Source: Octopus vulgaris (Eukaryota). From it: a stretch of 64,000 bases of DNA. The stretch is from assembly GCA_951406725.2 (NCBI GenBank), contig OX597816.1, forward strand, positions 126,046,001 to 126,110,000, written 5' to 3'. Shown here in pieces: positions 1 to 11,975 of this stretch. Position numbers and translations under genes: made by a program. Each line of letters opens with the position of its first letter. Positions within the stretch are counted from its first letter, which is position 1. The notes under the pieces are model-generated. The model was not told where the DNA came from. It made no database searches and was given only the letters and a program-made list of their open reading frames with translations.

Positions 1-589
1 ATTCCTCAGGATTACCTATGGTTCTACACCAATTAGAAAACCTTTGATAACTTGGCGTATTTGTATTAACAGCAAGCTTGAGAAGTATTTTACCCAAATT
101 TATAATCCCTTTTTAAAAACTCTTTAAATAGTGTCCCACAATTAACAACCTATCTCAGTGAAATTGGACAATTTCTATGACTGTTTGATGTCATAATTAA
201 GTAATAAACATAAAATTGTCAGTTTTGTTTTCTAAATTTGCCTGATTTCATTGAAATAGTAAATTTTGGGACACCCTTTAATATATGTATATTGTATTCA
301 TATCAATCCCCATTTCTAAGCATCTGCTACACTCTTTGCACACTCTTCCTAACTTACCTACCCACTCTTTCTATTCCTCTACATCTATTCTTTCTCTCTC
401 ATAATCACCTTTGGGATGTACCCTCACTATCCCTCACCATTATGCTCCCTTCCAGCTTGGGAACCTCTGTATTTTCCTCTTCAGCAAGACACCTCTTCCT
501 GTCCCTCTATCAAACATTCACCTCCATCAATACACAATTAAGATGTCTTGTCTAGTGAAAACTTGGGGACCCCACCAGTACACTCTGTA

Positions 590-733
590 CAATGGTTGAT
601 GTTAGGAAGAGTATCTAGCTGTACAAACTATGTCAAAACAAATGCTGGATCTGGGCACAATCCTCAGACTCATCAGCTTTTGTTGGACCATCCAAACTAT
701 GCAAGCATGGAAAAATGAATGCTGAATGAGGAT
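590..733 (+). mobile_element. Degraded RTE/SINE 3' tail
   Basis: ggttgatgttaggaagagtatctagctgta...ccatccaaactatgcaagcatggaaaa aligns by eye to the RTE tail at 9560-9700. Confidence 0.55.
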
Positions 734-756
734 TATATATATATATATATAGTTAA

Positions 757-955
757 TCCAGATATGAAAACACAAAGAGAAAACACAACAACGCGAGGAC
801 ATGGAACAAGTATAGTGTCATTGGACGCTCAGGAAAGGAATGAAAGAAGGAGGATTTAAGGTTTTGAGCGGAGCGCTTCGTCAGAAACATAGAATAAGGA
901 AAGGTCCAAGGAAGGGAAGAAGGAGAAAGAAAATTGCCAACGATACACATGTGCT
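757..955 (-). mobile_element. Penelope-like terminal fragment with degenerate hammerhead motif
   Basis: Minus strand tttCTGACGAagcgctccgctcAAAAcc (858-888) resembles the CUGANGA-stem II-GAAAC core of PLE termini; flanked by TA/CA repeats. Confidence 0.4.
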
Positions 956-3900
956 CACACACAGACACATGCACAAAGTACTAGTCACATACTAAAGTTG
1001 ATTATAATTACTCCAACTGATTAAATTCTCCTGACTCTTCCAACTGGACTTTGGCTAATGCTAGAAATTGTATATTTTAAAAAAAAAACATAGAATACCC
1101 ATTAACTATATGAACCATGATTTTTTAACAATTCTTGTAAAGATCAAATTCCAGCCTATATACTGTACATGTGTAAAAAGAAATTAATAATGGTATCTTT
1201 TGTAAACCTTTTCCAGGATTTTCTTTCACTTAATATCACACATACCTAAAGTATTTTTGACAGCCTACTGAGTACTTAACTGTGTGCACAAAGTCGTTCT
1301 CAACATGTACAAATGAAAATAAAGGAAATGCAAACTGAACAATAGAAAATAAATATTCAAGAAATGCATTCCATTATTATTTTCATGAGAAAATAAACTT
1401 CATGATCAATTGTGAATTGTTTGCACTTATTGAAGTTATTGCTTTATTTTAAACACACATACACTCAAACACACACACACTTTTCATATCTTCACAGGAA
1501 AAGATGGAAGTTTTGATTGATCTGTTTTGCAGTGTCTTCAGTTGCTTCAACAATACTTCAGTTATAGCTTACGCAATAGGAAGATCACTCTACTGAAATG
1601 TAGAAGATATTGAAGATATCAATCAGCCACATTACAATAAGAAAAGAAGTAATAATTCAGACATATATTTAATATTTAATCAAAACTTTTGTCTTCCATT
1701 ATTATATATATTTTCTTGTAAGATTCATTCTTCAATTGAAAGCAACCTGCAGCTTTTATTAGAAGATTTCCAATTAACAAAACTACAATTTTATAGGGAC
1801 AAAGAGCATATTGGAAAATATATTTCACTGAGAAATGCAGAAGTAAAATAAATTTCAAAGACATTACCCAGTAAAACTTAAATATATAAAAAAAATGAAA
1901 TATTTTCACAAATAAATTCTTATTTTAAAAAACCAGTTTGGGACTTGTTTTTAAATTTCTTTTGTTTTAAACATTGAAAATGAACTTTAACATAATATTT
2001 CATATGATTCAGAAGCAAATAAATTTAGAGGCAGTATTATAAAATTATTGAATAGATATTTGATATTGCATATAGTTTATTTTTAGCAATATTTTCTTTG
2101 GACTTTTAACAATACTAGCTTTAAAATGAATTTCCTTCAACTCTACGATCAACTAAAATTACAACTTCTTTTATAAGACTAATTGATAGGAGAGGTGATG
2201 CTGTCAATGGCATTAACAACCTGTTAAAGGAAATATCTCAAAAATTTGAGCAAGGATCCAAACAGACAGTAATGCAACATAACTAAAATAAAAAAGATCT
2301 ACCTAAAGTGCAAAATAGTATTAAAAAAAAATTTACAAAGATCATTTTTATGTATTAGCAAATTGATTAGTATTGTAAAGAGTAACATAAGCTAAATACA
2401 CAGCTTTTATATAGTTTACAAATACATTTTCAAGAAGTCAGCTATAATGCACTCATAAATCTGTGTTAATCTGCACTAAAACTCCATTCAATAAACCACC
2501 AATTTGACAAAGACAGATCAATCAAAGTGATATACTCTCTGCTTTTTCATAACAAATGAAGGTACCCCCACACAGTTTCTGCTGTTTTCTTCAGCGCAAT
2601 TTATTATTAATCGTTAATATTTAAGTAAAAGAAAATTTAACGGAAGGAATTTTTATCTGCTCCCATGCCAATAATAACCCCATAAAAAACCCAGCAGCTA
2701 AAAGAGGCTGTATCAAAAATCTCAAAATGGAAAGAAGCTTATCCATACATTAATAGCACTGCTTTCAAATCAGTTACACAACTAAGCTGCACCATCTTCT
2801 AATGCAGCAAATAGTAAATAAAATTCACAAGTTCTTTTGGTTGAATTTTCAGTCAGCTTACTTAAAAAAAAAACCAAGGTTATTGAAAATAATCTGACAT
2901 CAAACCATTTCTCTCAATGAATATTGTGACCAAAAAGCAATGCTTGAGTGGAAGGTTGCAGATAGGATGTTGTAAAAGTGGTGAACCAAGGAAATGACAG
3001 AACATCTAGCTCAGACAACAGTTCTGGCTTACTTATACATAAATCAGAAGATAACAGCTAGCATCAAGTATTGTAAACCAGTTATTCTTTTTATTATTGG
3101 GTCATCCATTGCTGTGACAATGACCAAGGACATCACATGGGAGATGATGGGACACAGTGTGTCCAACTGTGGCCAATCAGTCTGATGCATGCTCAGAAGG
3201 CTCTGCTGTATGTCAGGCACTGGTGATTTGCTGAGACTGAAAGCAAGTAGTTCGCTCTGGACTTGGATAGTCACATTTTCTTTGTGCACATATATACATG
3301 GAAAGCCTGCTAAATTAAATTTCTTAATTAGAGAAAAAAAACAAAAAAACTTCACATATTTGGGGAGGTCCAACTGCAAAACAAGATATTCTTTGCACAA
3401 ATTACATGAGAAACTACATGTCTGGCATCTATTCCACTAAGACAGAACATGTCAGCATAAGTAGCTCATTTCAGTAGTCTTTTGAAAAATAGAATTTGGA
3501 TCATGCTATTTTCTGTTACATATCTTTCTCAAAACTTGCACAAAACTGTGCTGATAGAAAACTGTTATACCATAATTATACAAGATAATAGAGGCAAGTT
3601 GGTAGGAGGAGCCAAAGTATAATAGCTAAGGTAATTATTAACATAGAGTTTAATTAAAAGAAATTATTGACGGAAAATATAATTAAAGTAGTACTTGCAT
3701 AAATGTAAGATTTCATTTGGACTAGAAAATGATCTATTGATTGTTGGTTTGCATTTAATTACACCTAAAGACCCATTTATTAATTTGAAGTATTTATGCA
3801 TTATTTTTCAGAATATCCCAGTGTTAATTTCTAATGTTTTCTAAAATCTGATATATGCATACAGCATTACTTTGCAAGAGCATATTTAAAAATGCAATGA

Positions 3901-4159
3901 AGGATAAACAACAAAAGAAAGACAAGTACCATTTTTATATAGTAGTAATTTCTATGGACATTTAAACATTGCATTGCACTTGCTCTCTCCAGGGAATCTC
4001 ATTGCAATGTTATTTCACATAGGTTATTTGACATTATTTCTATTATACATATAATTTAAAATAAATTAGGAACTTTTACCTTTTACTTTGATTTCTTGCA
4101 ACATTCTAGTCTATTCTGGCTGCTGTGAGGAGCTTCTATTTTAATAGTAATGTAATTAC

Positions 4160-4330
4160 TGAGGAATGGAAATCAGCAAAACTGTCAGCACATTGAACAA
4201 AATGCCTTACATCATTGTGTTATGATCCTCTAGATTCTAAGTTCCATTAAGGTTGATCTACAATAGCTTCTCACCCTTCCAGTGTCAAAATAATTACCAT
4301 TTAAGTACCAGATCAACATATTTCCCTATA
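4160..4330 (+). mobile_element. Degraded tRNA-derived SINE
   Basis: gcaaaactgtcagcac...aaaatgcctta...ttctcacccttccagtgtc...aagtaccag resembles a cephalopod SINE body recalled from memory. Confidence 0.35.
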
Positions 4331-4369
4331 TTCATCCTATAAATTTGAGACTCAGTGAGTTAGAAATCA

Positions 4370-4540
4370 AGGACATTTGCATAAAGACATGCTGACTGCT
4401 TAAAGTGATAGGAACTTGTGGAAGAGGGAAATTCAGGAAGACATGGGACAAAGAACTGAAGGCTAATCTCAAGATGCTGGGCCTTGCAGAGAAGATGACA
4501 AAGGACTGAGATTATTAGTGTTTTACTGTGCTGAAGAGAC
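4370..4540 (+). mobile_element. RTE LINE ORF2 C-terminal fragment
   Basis: Translates GTCGRGKFRKTWDKELKANLKMLGLAEKMTKD, homologous to GRGRPRKTWDEVVKYDLRTLGLTEEMTSD at ~8985-9075. Confidence 0.7.
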
Positions 4541-5204
4541 CAATCCATTACAGTAATAATGATATCATAAAAACCACTCAGCAATGCTTGGGCATAGGCC
4601 ACTCTGCTCCACCTCCTACTAACATGTCAAGCATTCCTCCCAACCCCATTTTCATCCATGCCTCCATATATGATAATGCTGTACTCACTATAGAGCAGAA
4701 TCAGCACATGTTGTATCCCTTCCTCTCCCTAACAGTCACCCTATTCCTGGAATCACTTCCATTCCTCATTCTCTTGGCACATTATTTCTACCAGTCACTT
4801 CCTTTTTGAGCCTTCAGCAACTGCTCTCTCTCTCTCTCTTCAACAATACTCCATTCTAAACACTTCTCTTATCTTCTCTTATTTCCTCTCACAACTATTA
4901 TCATGCCCCAATTACTCTAGCCTTTATGTACCTGTATATCTCCCTATCCACATCATTTCTGTTCTCTTTTCTGTCTTGAGTTACTACCTTCCTTGTATCT
5001 CCTTCAGCCATATATCTCCTCCTTAACAAGATACTTGTACTTGTCCCTCTTTCATAAGCCTCTCAATATTTGGCATAAAATCAACCACCTTGATCTTCTC
5101 TCAAATGCTTCCACTTAGTAATGGGAGCTTCTTCCTTTTCTTTTTTTCCCCCCTGTTCTTTTACTGTCATACAAGTTACACTGCAGCCTCACTAGAACCA
5201 GTGG

Positions 5205-5380
5205 ACAGGAATAAGGCACCCAGTGGACTTTGTACAATAGCTGGTATTAGGTAAGGTATCCAGAGACAAAAACCATGCGAAAAATATCAATGGAACTCAA
5301 CACAACCTTGCAGCTCATCAGTTCCTGTCAAACTATCCAACTTAAACCAGCATGGAAAGACTTGACTTTAAATGAAGATG
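5205..5380 (+). mobile_element. Degraded RTE/SINE 3' tail
   Basis: ggtattaggtaaggtatccag...ctatccaacttaaaccagcatggaaag...aatgaagatg matches the tail at 9560-9705. Confidence 0.55.
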
Positions 5381-5977
5381 TATCTCAAGTTAAAGGTGCA
5401 GCTAGCTTGATACATATTTTGAAAACAATTCTATTAGAGCAAGTGATCAATTTAATGACCATATTTTGTTTTCCCTCTGCTGGATTTGGAGAGTAGTGTA
5501 TGGCCTTTCCAGTATCTCTATACTAATGATAGTGATGAAATTAATATTCTGGAGCAACAATTAAGCCCCTAATTGATAGCTGCTCATGATTAAGGAGGGT
5601 GCAGTACAATTTTGATATATCTACAGAAAAGGATTCTTACAGGAACTCAGTTTACATATTCAAAACAGATCTGTTATGTGGTATCTAGGTTGCATGCATG
5701 GTGCAGTTTTGTTAGGGAGATTGAGTGATAGAGGTAAGTGTGACAGGAAAGAGAGAGGTAAGAGGATTAGAGAATGCCAAGTGGTGGAGGAGGCAACAAT
5801 AGTAGACTTGGTGATAATATTTACACACATGCACACACAAAACTAAATACACACATGTACACAACCACACACACATACATTAATATATAGTGATGTACAA
5901 CTCAATGTACATTATTACCAGCATTGTGACTTTCAATTCACACACACACACACACACGTCTGTGTATGTGTATGTAT

Positions 5978-6390
5978 AGGTGAAGGTGTATGTGCATGGT
6001 TAAAAAGTTTTCTTCACCATCTTATAGTATTAGATTCAATCACACTGTGTGGTACCCAGCATGAGTCTTTTATTACAGCATTCAGCTGACCAAAAATGTG
6101 TCAGTGGCTCTGGTAGACAGAATCTGAAGAAGCCCATCATAAACATGTCTGTGTATGTTTACGTTTAGGTTTGTTTTGGGTTTTTTTCTTTAAAAAAATC
6201 ACTGAGCTACAAATGATGGTATTTGTGTCATTTCTTCTGTCAACAAATTCATAGCCTCTTCAGAGCAATGTCCAACATCAAAGTCCTTATTTGAAAAACA
6301 GTATGTGTTAGTTACTGGAAGGACATCTGGCTATAAAAAATGCCCCAATAATATACCTAATTCACACTAGCATGGATATACAGATTTAAA
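5978..6390 (+). mobile_element. Degraded tRNA-derived SINE
   Basis: Head with B-box-like gattcaatcac and body gaccaaaa..gtggctctggtagacagaatctgaagaagcccatc, related to 31455-31600; tail ggaaggacatctggctataaaa...ctagcatgga. Confidence 0.55.
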
Positions 6391-6462
6391 AAAAAAAAAG
6401 GAATGAAAAATATATACATATATGTACACAAAACACACACACACACACACACACAAACACCC

Positions 6463-9400
6463 TATTGTGGGCTACCTCATTGACAAATGACAGTGACCTT
6501 CTCTTTGTGGCAGGTGATTTCAATGGACATGTTGGACGGCATGTCGGGGGCTTCCATGGCGTTCATGGAGGCTACGGTTTTGGCTCTCGAAATGAGGAGG
6601 GAACCAGGCTGCTGGAGTTCTGCGATGCAAACGACCTTATGGTTTGCAATACCAACTTCAGGAAACCCACCTCTCACCTACTCACCTACCGATCTGGCAG
6701 ACACACTAGCCAGATTGACTACATCCTCGCCAGAAAGAGGGAAAGAGGGCTGCTTATAAATGCCAAAACCTTTCCAGGCGAAGAATGTACTCCTCAACAT
6801 AGATTAGTAGTTAGCGACTTCAAGATCAGAGCTAAATGGTTGCCCAGAAGAAGACCAGCTTGGAGGAGAAGGGTCTGGAAGCTTAAAGATCCTGCAAATG
6901 GACAGAGATTTAGAGACATACTATTCGAAGCCTTTGACGAAATAGAAGGGGATATAGCTTCACTTAATGTGGAAGACAACTGGAGATTTCTACGGGACAA
7001 TCTGCAGACAGCCACTGACCAGATCTGTGGATGGAGCAAAGTCCCATCTCAACTCAGAGTAACGTGGTGGTGGAACAATGTGGTTGACAGGGCTATTAGA
7101 CAAAAGATACAGGCCTGGAGGGACTGAAAGAACGGTGGTAGCAGGGAATTGTATCAGACAGCCAGAAGGGAAGCTAGGAGACAGGTTTATTTAGCCAGAG
7201 GAGAAGTGGATAAGAAAAAATTTGCCAATGTTCTGCGCCGTGAGGATGAAAGACTTGAGGTATTTCGTGTTGCAAGACAGTGTGTGAGAGAGAATTGTGA
7301 TGTGGTAGGAGAGAAATGTATCTGCATGGATGATGGTTCACTTGCGCTAAATCAGGATGCAAAGAGAGAGGTTTGAAGATGCCACTATGAAAGGTTGCTG
7401 AATAAAGAAAATGAACGGGATAAAGAGAGTCTGCCGAATGTCAACCCAACAGAGGGACCAGCCATCCGAGTTGACAATTCTTTGGTAGTTAAGGCAATTA
7501 GAAGCATGAAGACAGGGAAAGCCTCAGGCCCATCAGGAATTACTGCAGAGATGCTCAAAATATCTGGCAGTGTTGGCTATAACCTAGTCACCCATATAGT
7601 TAACCAGGTGATACACGAAGGAGTCATACCCAATGACTGGTGTAGCAGCATACTAGTCAACTGCTACAAAGGTGAAGGAGACGCCCTAGATACAAATAAT
7701 TACAGAGGTATCAAGCTGTTGGATCAGGTAATGAAGGTTACAGAGAGGGTCATACCCCAACTGATTAGGGAGCGAGTCAACTTGGACAAGATGCAGTTTG
7801 GTTTCATGCCAGGGAAAAGCACCACTGATGCCATATTTCTGGCGAGACAGCTGCAGGAGAAATACCTAGCCAAAGATAAGCCCCAGTACCTGGCTTTCAT
7901 TGACACGGAGAAAGCCTTTGACAGGGTCCCCCGATCCCTTATCTGGTGGTCAATGAGGAAACAAGGGATAGATGATGGCTGGTGAGGGCTGTGCAAGCCA
8001 TGTACAGGGATGCCGTAAGTAAGATTAGGGTTGGCAACAAGTACACAGAAGAATTCAAAGTAGAGGTTGGGGTCCACCAGGGTTCAGTACTCAGCCCCCT
8101 CCTATTTATCATAGTCCTCCAGGCAATTACGGAGGAATTCAAGACAGGTTGCCTCTGGGAGCTCCTCTATGCTGACGACCTTGCTCTAATTGCTGAGTCA
8201 CTATCAGAACTGGAGGAGAAGTTCCAGGTGTGGAAGGAGGGTTTAGAATTGAGGGGCCTTAGAGTCAACCTAGCTAAAACCAAAGTACTAATAAGTAGGA
8301 AGGTAGACAATCCACAAATGTCTTCAGGAAGATGGCCCTGCTCGATCTGTAGAAAAGGTGTAGGTAGAAACACTATAAGATGTACCCAGTGTAAGCTATG
8401 GACACATAAAAGGTGCAGCAATGTCAAAAGAAGGCTAACTGGGAAGATAATTTTTGTATGTGGCAGATGCTCGGGAGCAATAAACTCTGAAAATCTGCAG
8501 AAAACAACTTCCATCACTTTCCAGGAGGAAAAACTAGAAGTAGTTGATAGCTTTCGTTATCTAGGTGACGAAGTCAGTAGTGGGGGTGGGTGTGTTGAAA
8601 GTGTAACTGATAGAGTAAGAATAGCCTAGGCAAAGTTTAGGGAGCTCTTACCTCTGCTGGTGACTAAAGGCCTCTCGCTCAGAGTAAAAGGCAAACTGTA
8701 TGATGCATGTGTACGAACAGCCATGCTACATGGCAGTGAAACATGGGCCGTGACTGCTGAGGACATGCGTAAGCTCGCGAGGAATGAAGCCAGTATGCTC
8801 CGATGGATGTGTAATGTCAGTGTGCATACTCGACAGAGCGTTAGTACCCTGAGAGAAATGTTGGACCTAAGAAGCATCAGTTGTGGTGTGCAAGAAAGAC
8901 GATTGTGCTGGCATGGTCATGTGGCGAGAATGGATGAAGATAGGTGTGTGAAAAAGTGCCAATCCCTAGCAGTTGAGGGAATCCGTGGAAGAGGTAGACC
9001 CAGGAAAACCTGGGACGAAGTGGTGAAGTACGACCTTCGAACTTTAGGCCTCACTGAGGAAATGACCAGTGACCGAGACCGTTGGAAATATGCTGTGCGT
9101 GAGAAGACCAGGCAGGACAAGTGAGTCCAGCCCACTTATGCATGCCTTTCCTCCCTTGGACACACAAAGACCTGTTGAGGCAAGCGAAGTCGATAAGGAA
9201 CCTCATCCGACGACAGGCACCCATGCCAACCCCGCTTTGCTTGCGAAGACCTGTTGGGGAAATCGAAATCGAAATTGAACCAATCCTATGACTGGCACCC
9301 GGTAGATGCCAGGACCCCTGGACTGGTGGTATGTAAAAAGCACTATCCGAATCGTGGCCGATGCCAGCGCCACCTCAACTGGCTTCTGTGCCAGTGGCAC

Positions 9401-9705
9401 GTAAAAAGCACCATCCGAATCGTGGCCAATGCCAGTGCCGCCTCGACTGGCTTCCGTGCCGGTGGCACATAAAATGCACCAATCCAACCGTGGCCGTTGC
9501 CAGCCTCGCCTGGCACCTGTGCAGGTGGCACATAAAAAGCACCCACTACACTCACGGAGTGGTTGGCGTTAAGAAGGGCATCCAGCTGTAGAAACATTGC
9601 CAGATAAGACTGGAGCCTGGTGCAGCCTTCTGGCTTCCCAGATCCCCCGGTCGAACCGTCCAACCCATGCTAGCATGGAGAACGGACCTTTAACGATGAT
9701 GATGA
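6463..9705 (+). mobile_element. 5'-truncated RTE-clade LINE (AP endonuclease C-half + RT + 3' UTR ending in (GAT)n)
   Basis: ORFs give GDFNGHVG and QIDYIL (APE), then NYRGIKLL, QFGFMPGKSTTDAIF, KAFDRVP, GVHQGSVLSPLLF, LLYADDL and GRGRPRKTW; 3' UTR has ~60-bp internal repeats and a gatgatgatgat tail. Confidence 0.95.
6465..9124 (+). pseudogene. Disrupted RTE ORF2 (endonuclease-reverse transcriptase)
   Basis: Split into ORFs 6465-7127, 7149-7376, 7395-7985, 7982-8629 and 8660-9124 by three stops at probable Trp positions and one frameshift near 7980. Confidence 0.92.
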
Positions 9706-9839
9706 TATATATAGAAAGAGAAATACACATAATTACACATACATAAATATATGTTTGTATGTGTATAACATGAAATATGCATGAGAGAAAGAAGATCTTC
9801 CCAACATGAAACCCACTAAAGGGACTAGCCATTCTAATA

Positions 9840-10350
9840 TTAGCAATATCACACATAAAGCAATTAAGAATATGGATCATCAAGAGTTACTGCTGAGATG
9901 TTTACAATATCTGGTAACATTGGATACAACTACAAAAACTCGTGTACTCAATCAGGCAGTATAGGTAGATATCACATGAAATGACTGATGTGACAGCATC
10001 ATACCCAGCTGTTACAAGGGGAAAAGCAATGTCTCAGAGAGACATAGTTACAGAAGTATCAAATTGCTGCACTAGTCATGAAAGTGTCAAACCTTCAATA
10101 AATGAGAAAGAGAATTTTCTTAATTGAAATGCTTTTCAGTTCTGTGCCAGGAAGAAGTACTGCAGATGTCTTCCTCAAGAGAAACAACTGCAGAGGTATT
10201 GAGCTAAAAATATACTGCTGTATTTAGCATCCATTAACCTGAAGAAAGCTTTCAACAGGTTGTCTTGTTCCTGATCTGGTGGTCACTGAGGAAGCTAGGA
10301 AAAGCTGAATACCATACAAGATGTACTGAGGCACTGTCAGTAAAGTGATA
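9840..10350 (+). mobile_element. Old degraded RTE RT fragment
   Basis: Colinear with 7500-8030 (gctgttacaagggg, ttacagaagtatcaaattgctg, gtgccaggaagaagtactgcagatg, gaaagctttcaacagg, ctgatctggtggtcactgaggaagctagg). Confidence 0.75.
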
Positions 10351-10679
10351 TATATGGCAATGAGTATAACTACACTCATCCCTAGCCTCACTTCTACACA
10401 TTCCTAAGGTGTCTACTCAATCACTCTTCATGACCTTCTGCCCTATACTCTCTTCTCTTCACCCTCTTGTGTATGGAAGGCTTATCCTGATACCATATTG
10501 CCAGCATCTATATCTCTCTATCTCTACCCCAATTACTCCTATTCACCCTTATATAATACAGAGTAAGCACATATCTCCTCCGTAATAAAAAAAAAACAAC
10601 TTGTTCTGTATATCATACTTTAACCTCTAAAACTAAGCATAAAGCTACCCACCCCCTTCTAGTCACTACTACTCAGCTT

Positions 10680-11176
10680 AAGGGGATCTTTAGTCTTGCA
10701 GGTTCTAGGGAAAACCTCACTAGAGTTAGTGTGACCCCAGAAAAAAAGGAAAAAATGTGTTTGGTGCTAGAAAGAGCATACAATTACAGAAACTATACCA
10801 AAACCTCAGACACTAAATGAAGACATGGTCCTGCAACTCAGTGACACATGTAAAACCGTCCAACACATGCCAGTGTGGAAAACAGACATTAAATGATAAT
10901 GATAATGGTGTGTGCATGTGTGTGCACTGGAGAGAATAGGTGCTGCATGGTAGTGTGGTTAAGCAGTTAGCTTCCCAACCAAATAGCTTTAAGTTCAATC
11001 CCGCTGCATGGCATATACAAGTAATGTCCTTTGTTTCCAATTACCCATGACATGTCCAGTCATGAGGAAAAACTAAACAGGTGAGAATTAGCTGTAGAAA
11101 GGGCATCCAGCTGCCTCAATGAATCCCATCTGACCCATACAAACAGGGAGAATGGACTTTTAATTGCAGATGATGA
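10680..11176 (+). mobile_element. SINE/RTE tail followed by a tRNA-derived SINE
   Basis: ccgtccaacacatgccagtgtggaaaacagacattaaatgataatgat tail, then head ggtagtgtggttaagcag...gttcaatcccgctgcatggca and tail agaaagggcatccagctg. Confidence 0.6.
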
Positions 11177-11755
11177 CATATTAAACAGAGAAAGAGAGTT
11201 TTATGGTTACAATACAATTATGCTAAATACATATTCTGAGAATCAAGCGTAGAAATCTATGCAAACAACTCCAATATTTAAACCAGTTCTTTACATAAAC
11301 TTTCAAAGAAATCCATACCTACTGAGTTAAAAGTATCATATATTCCTAGACCGTATGAAAACATTTACAAGGTGCTGGACTGAGAATAACATACAAATTT
11401 TAACCTGATTGTCTCCATTCTGTGTTTCTCCAAACACGAAACAGCTACTTACAGCCACTCAACTGCATCACCTTTACAGTGAGTTAAGACTTCTTTGTTA
11501 CCAATGTAGCTTTGTGTAACTTGTTTTTCTTAATTTTGCCAGCATCTTTTTAAGAATATAGCTTCTGAGACTTCTGGTATTGATACTAAATCTAAATACA
11601 TCTATCCATTATTGAAAAATGATATTTGTTGTGCCCATTTAATTTCCAAATTGTTAACTTTTTTTTTTAAGATGTCTATTTATCAGACTATTTCCTTATC
11701 TTAGATGTACAGCATTCTCTCCAAATTTTCTCCAGGTAATATTTTACAGACTAAC

Positions 11756-11800
11756 ATATCTTTCAGCCTTTGTATTTTGCAAAACTGTAGATGGCAGATG
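11756..11800 (-). CDS. Candidate 45-nt internal exon (HLPSTVLQNTKAERY)
   Basis: Minus strand (CT)n...catatttag|CAT...TAT|gttagt; phase 0-0 and open, compatible with exon 21464-21655; no homology support. Confidence 0.25.
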
Positions 11801-11808
11801 CTAAATAT

Positions 11809-11975
<167 letters not shown>

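Noticed and set aside
3965-4011. Hairpin containing a miR-25/92-like CATTGCACTTG
   Set aside because: Only a 9-bp stem; the seed-like sequence is on the wrong arm and unpaired, and the 3' part does not match the family
5978-6060. tRNA gene-like heads (also near 10945 and 31460)
   Set aside because: Degenerate SINE heads with no cloverleaf
7125-8629. All three RTE nonsense codons sit at probable Trp positions (TGA/TAG) and could in principle be repaired by A-to-I editing
   Set aside because: TGG is the codon most prone to nonsense transitions, and the copy is also 5'-truncated and frameshifted, so rescue would not restore ORF2
11453-11591. Exon-like segment with a strong GTAAGT donor on the minus strand
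   Set aside because: All three frames contain stops; cannot be supported as coding
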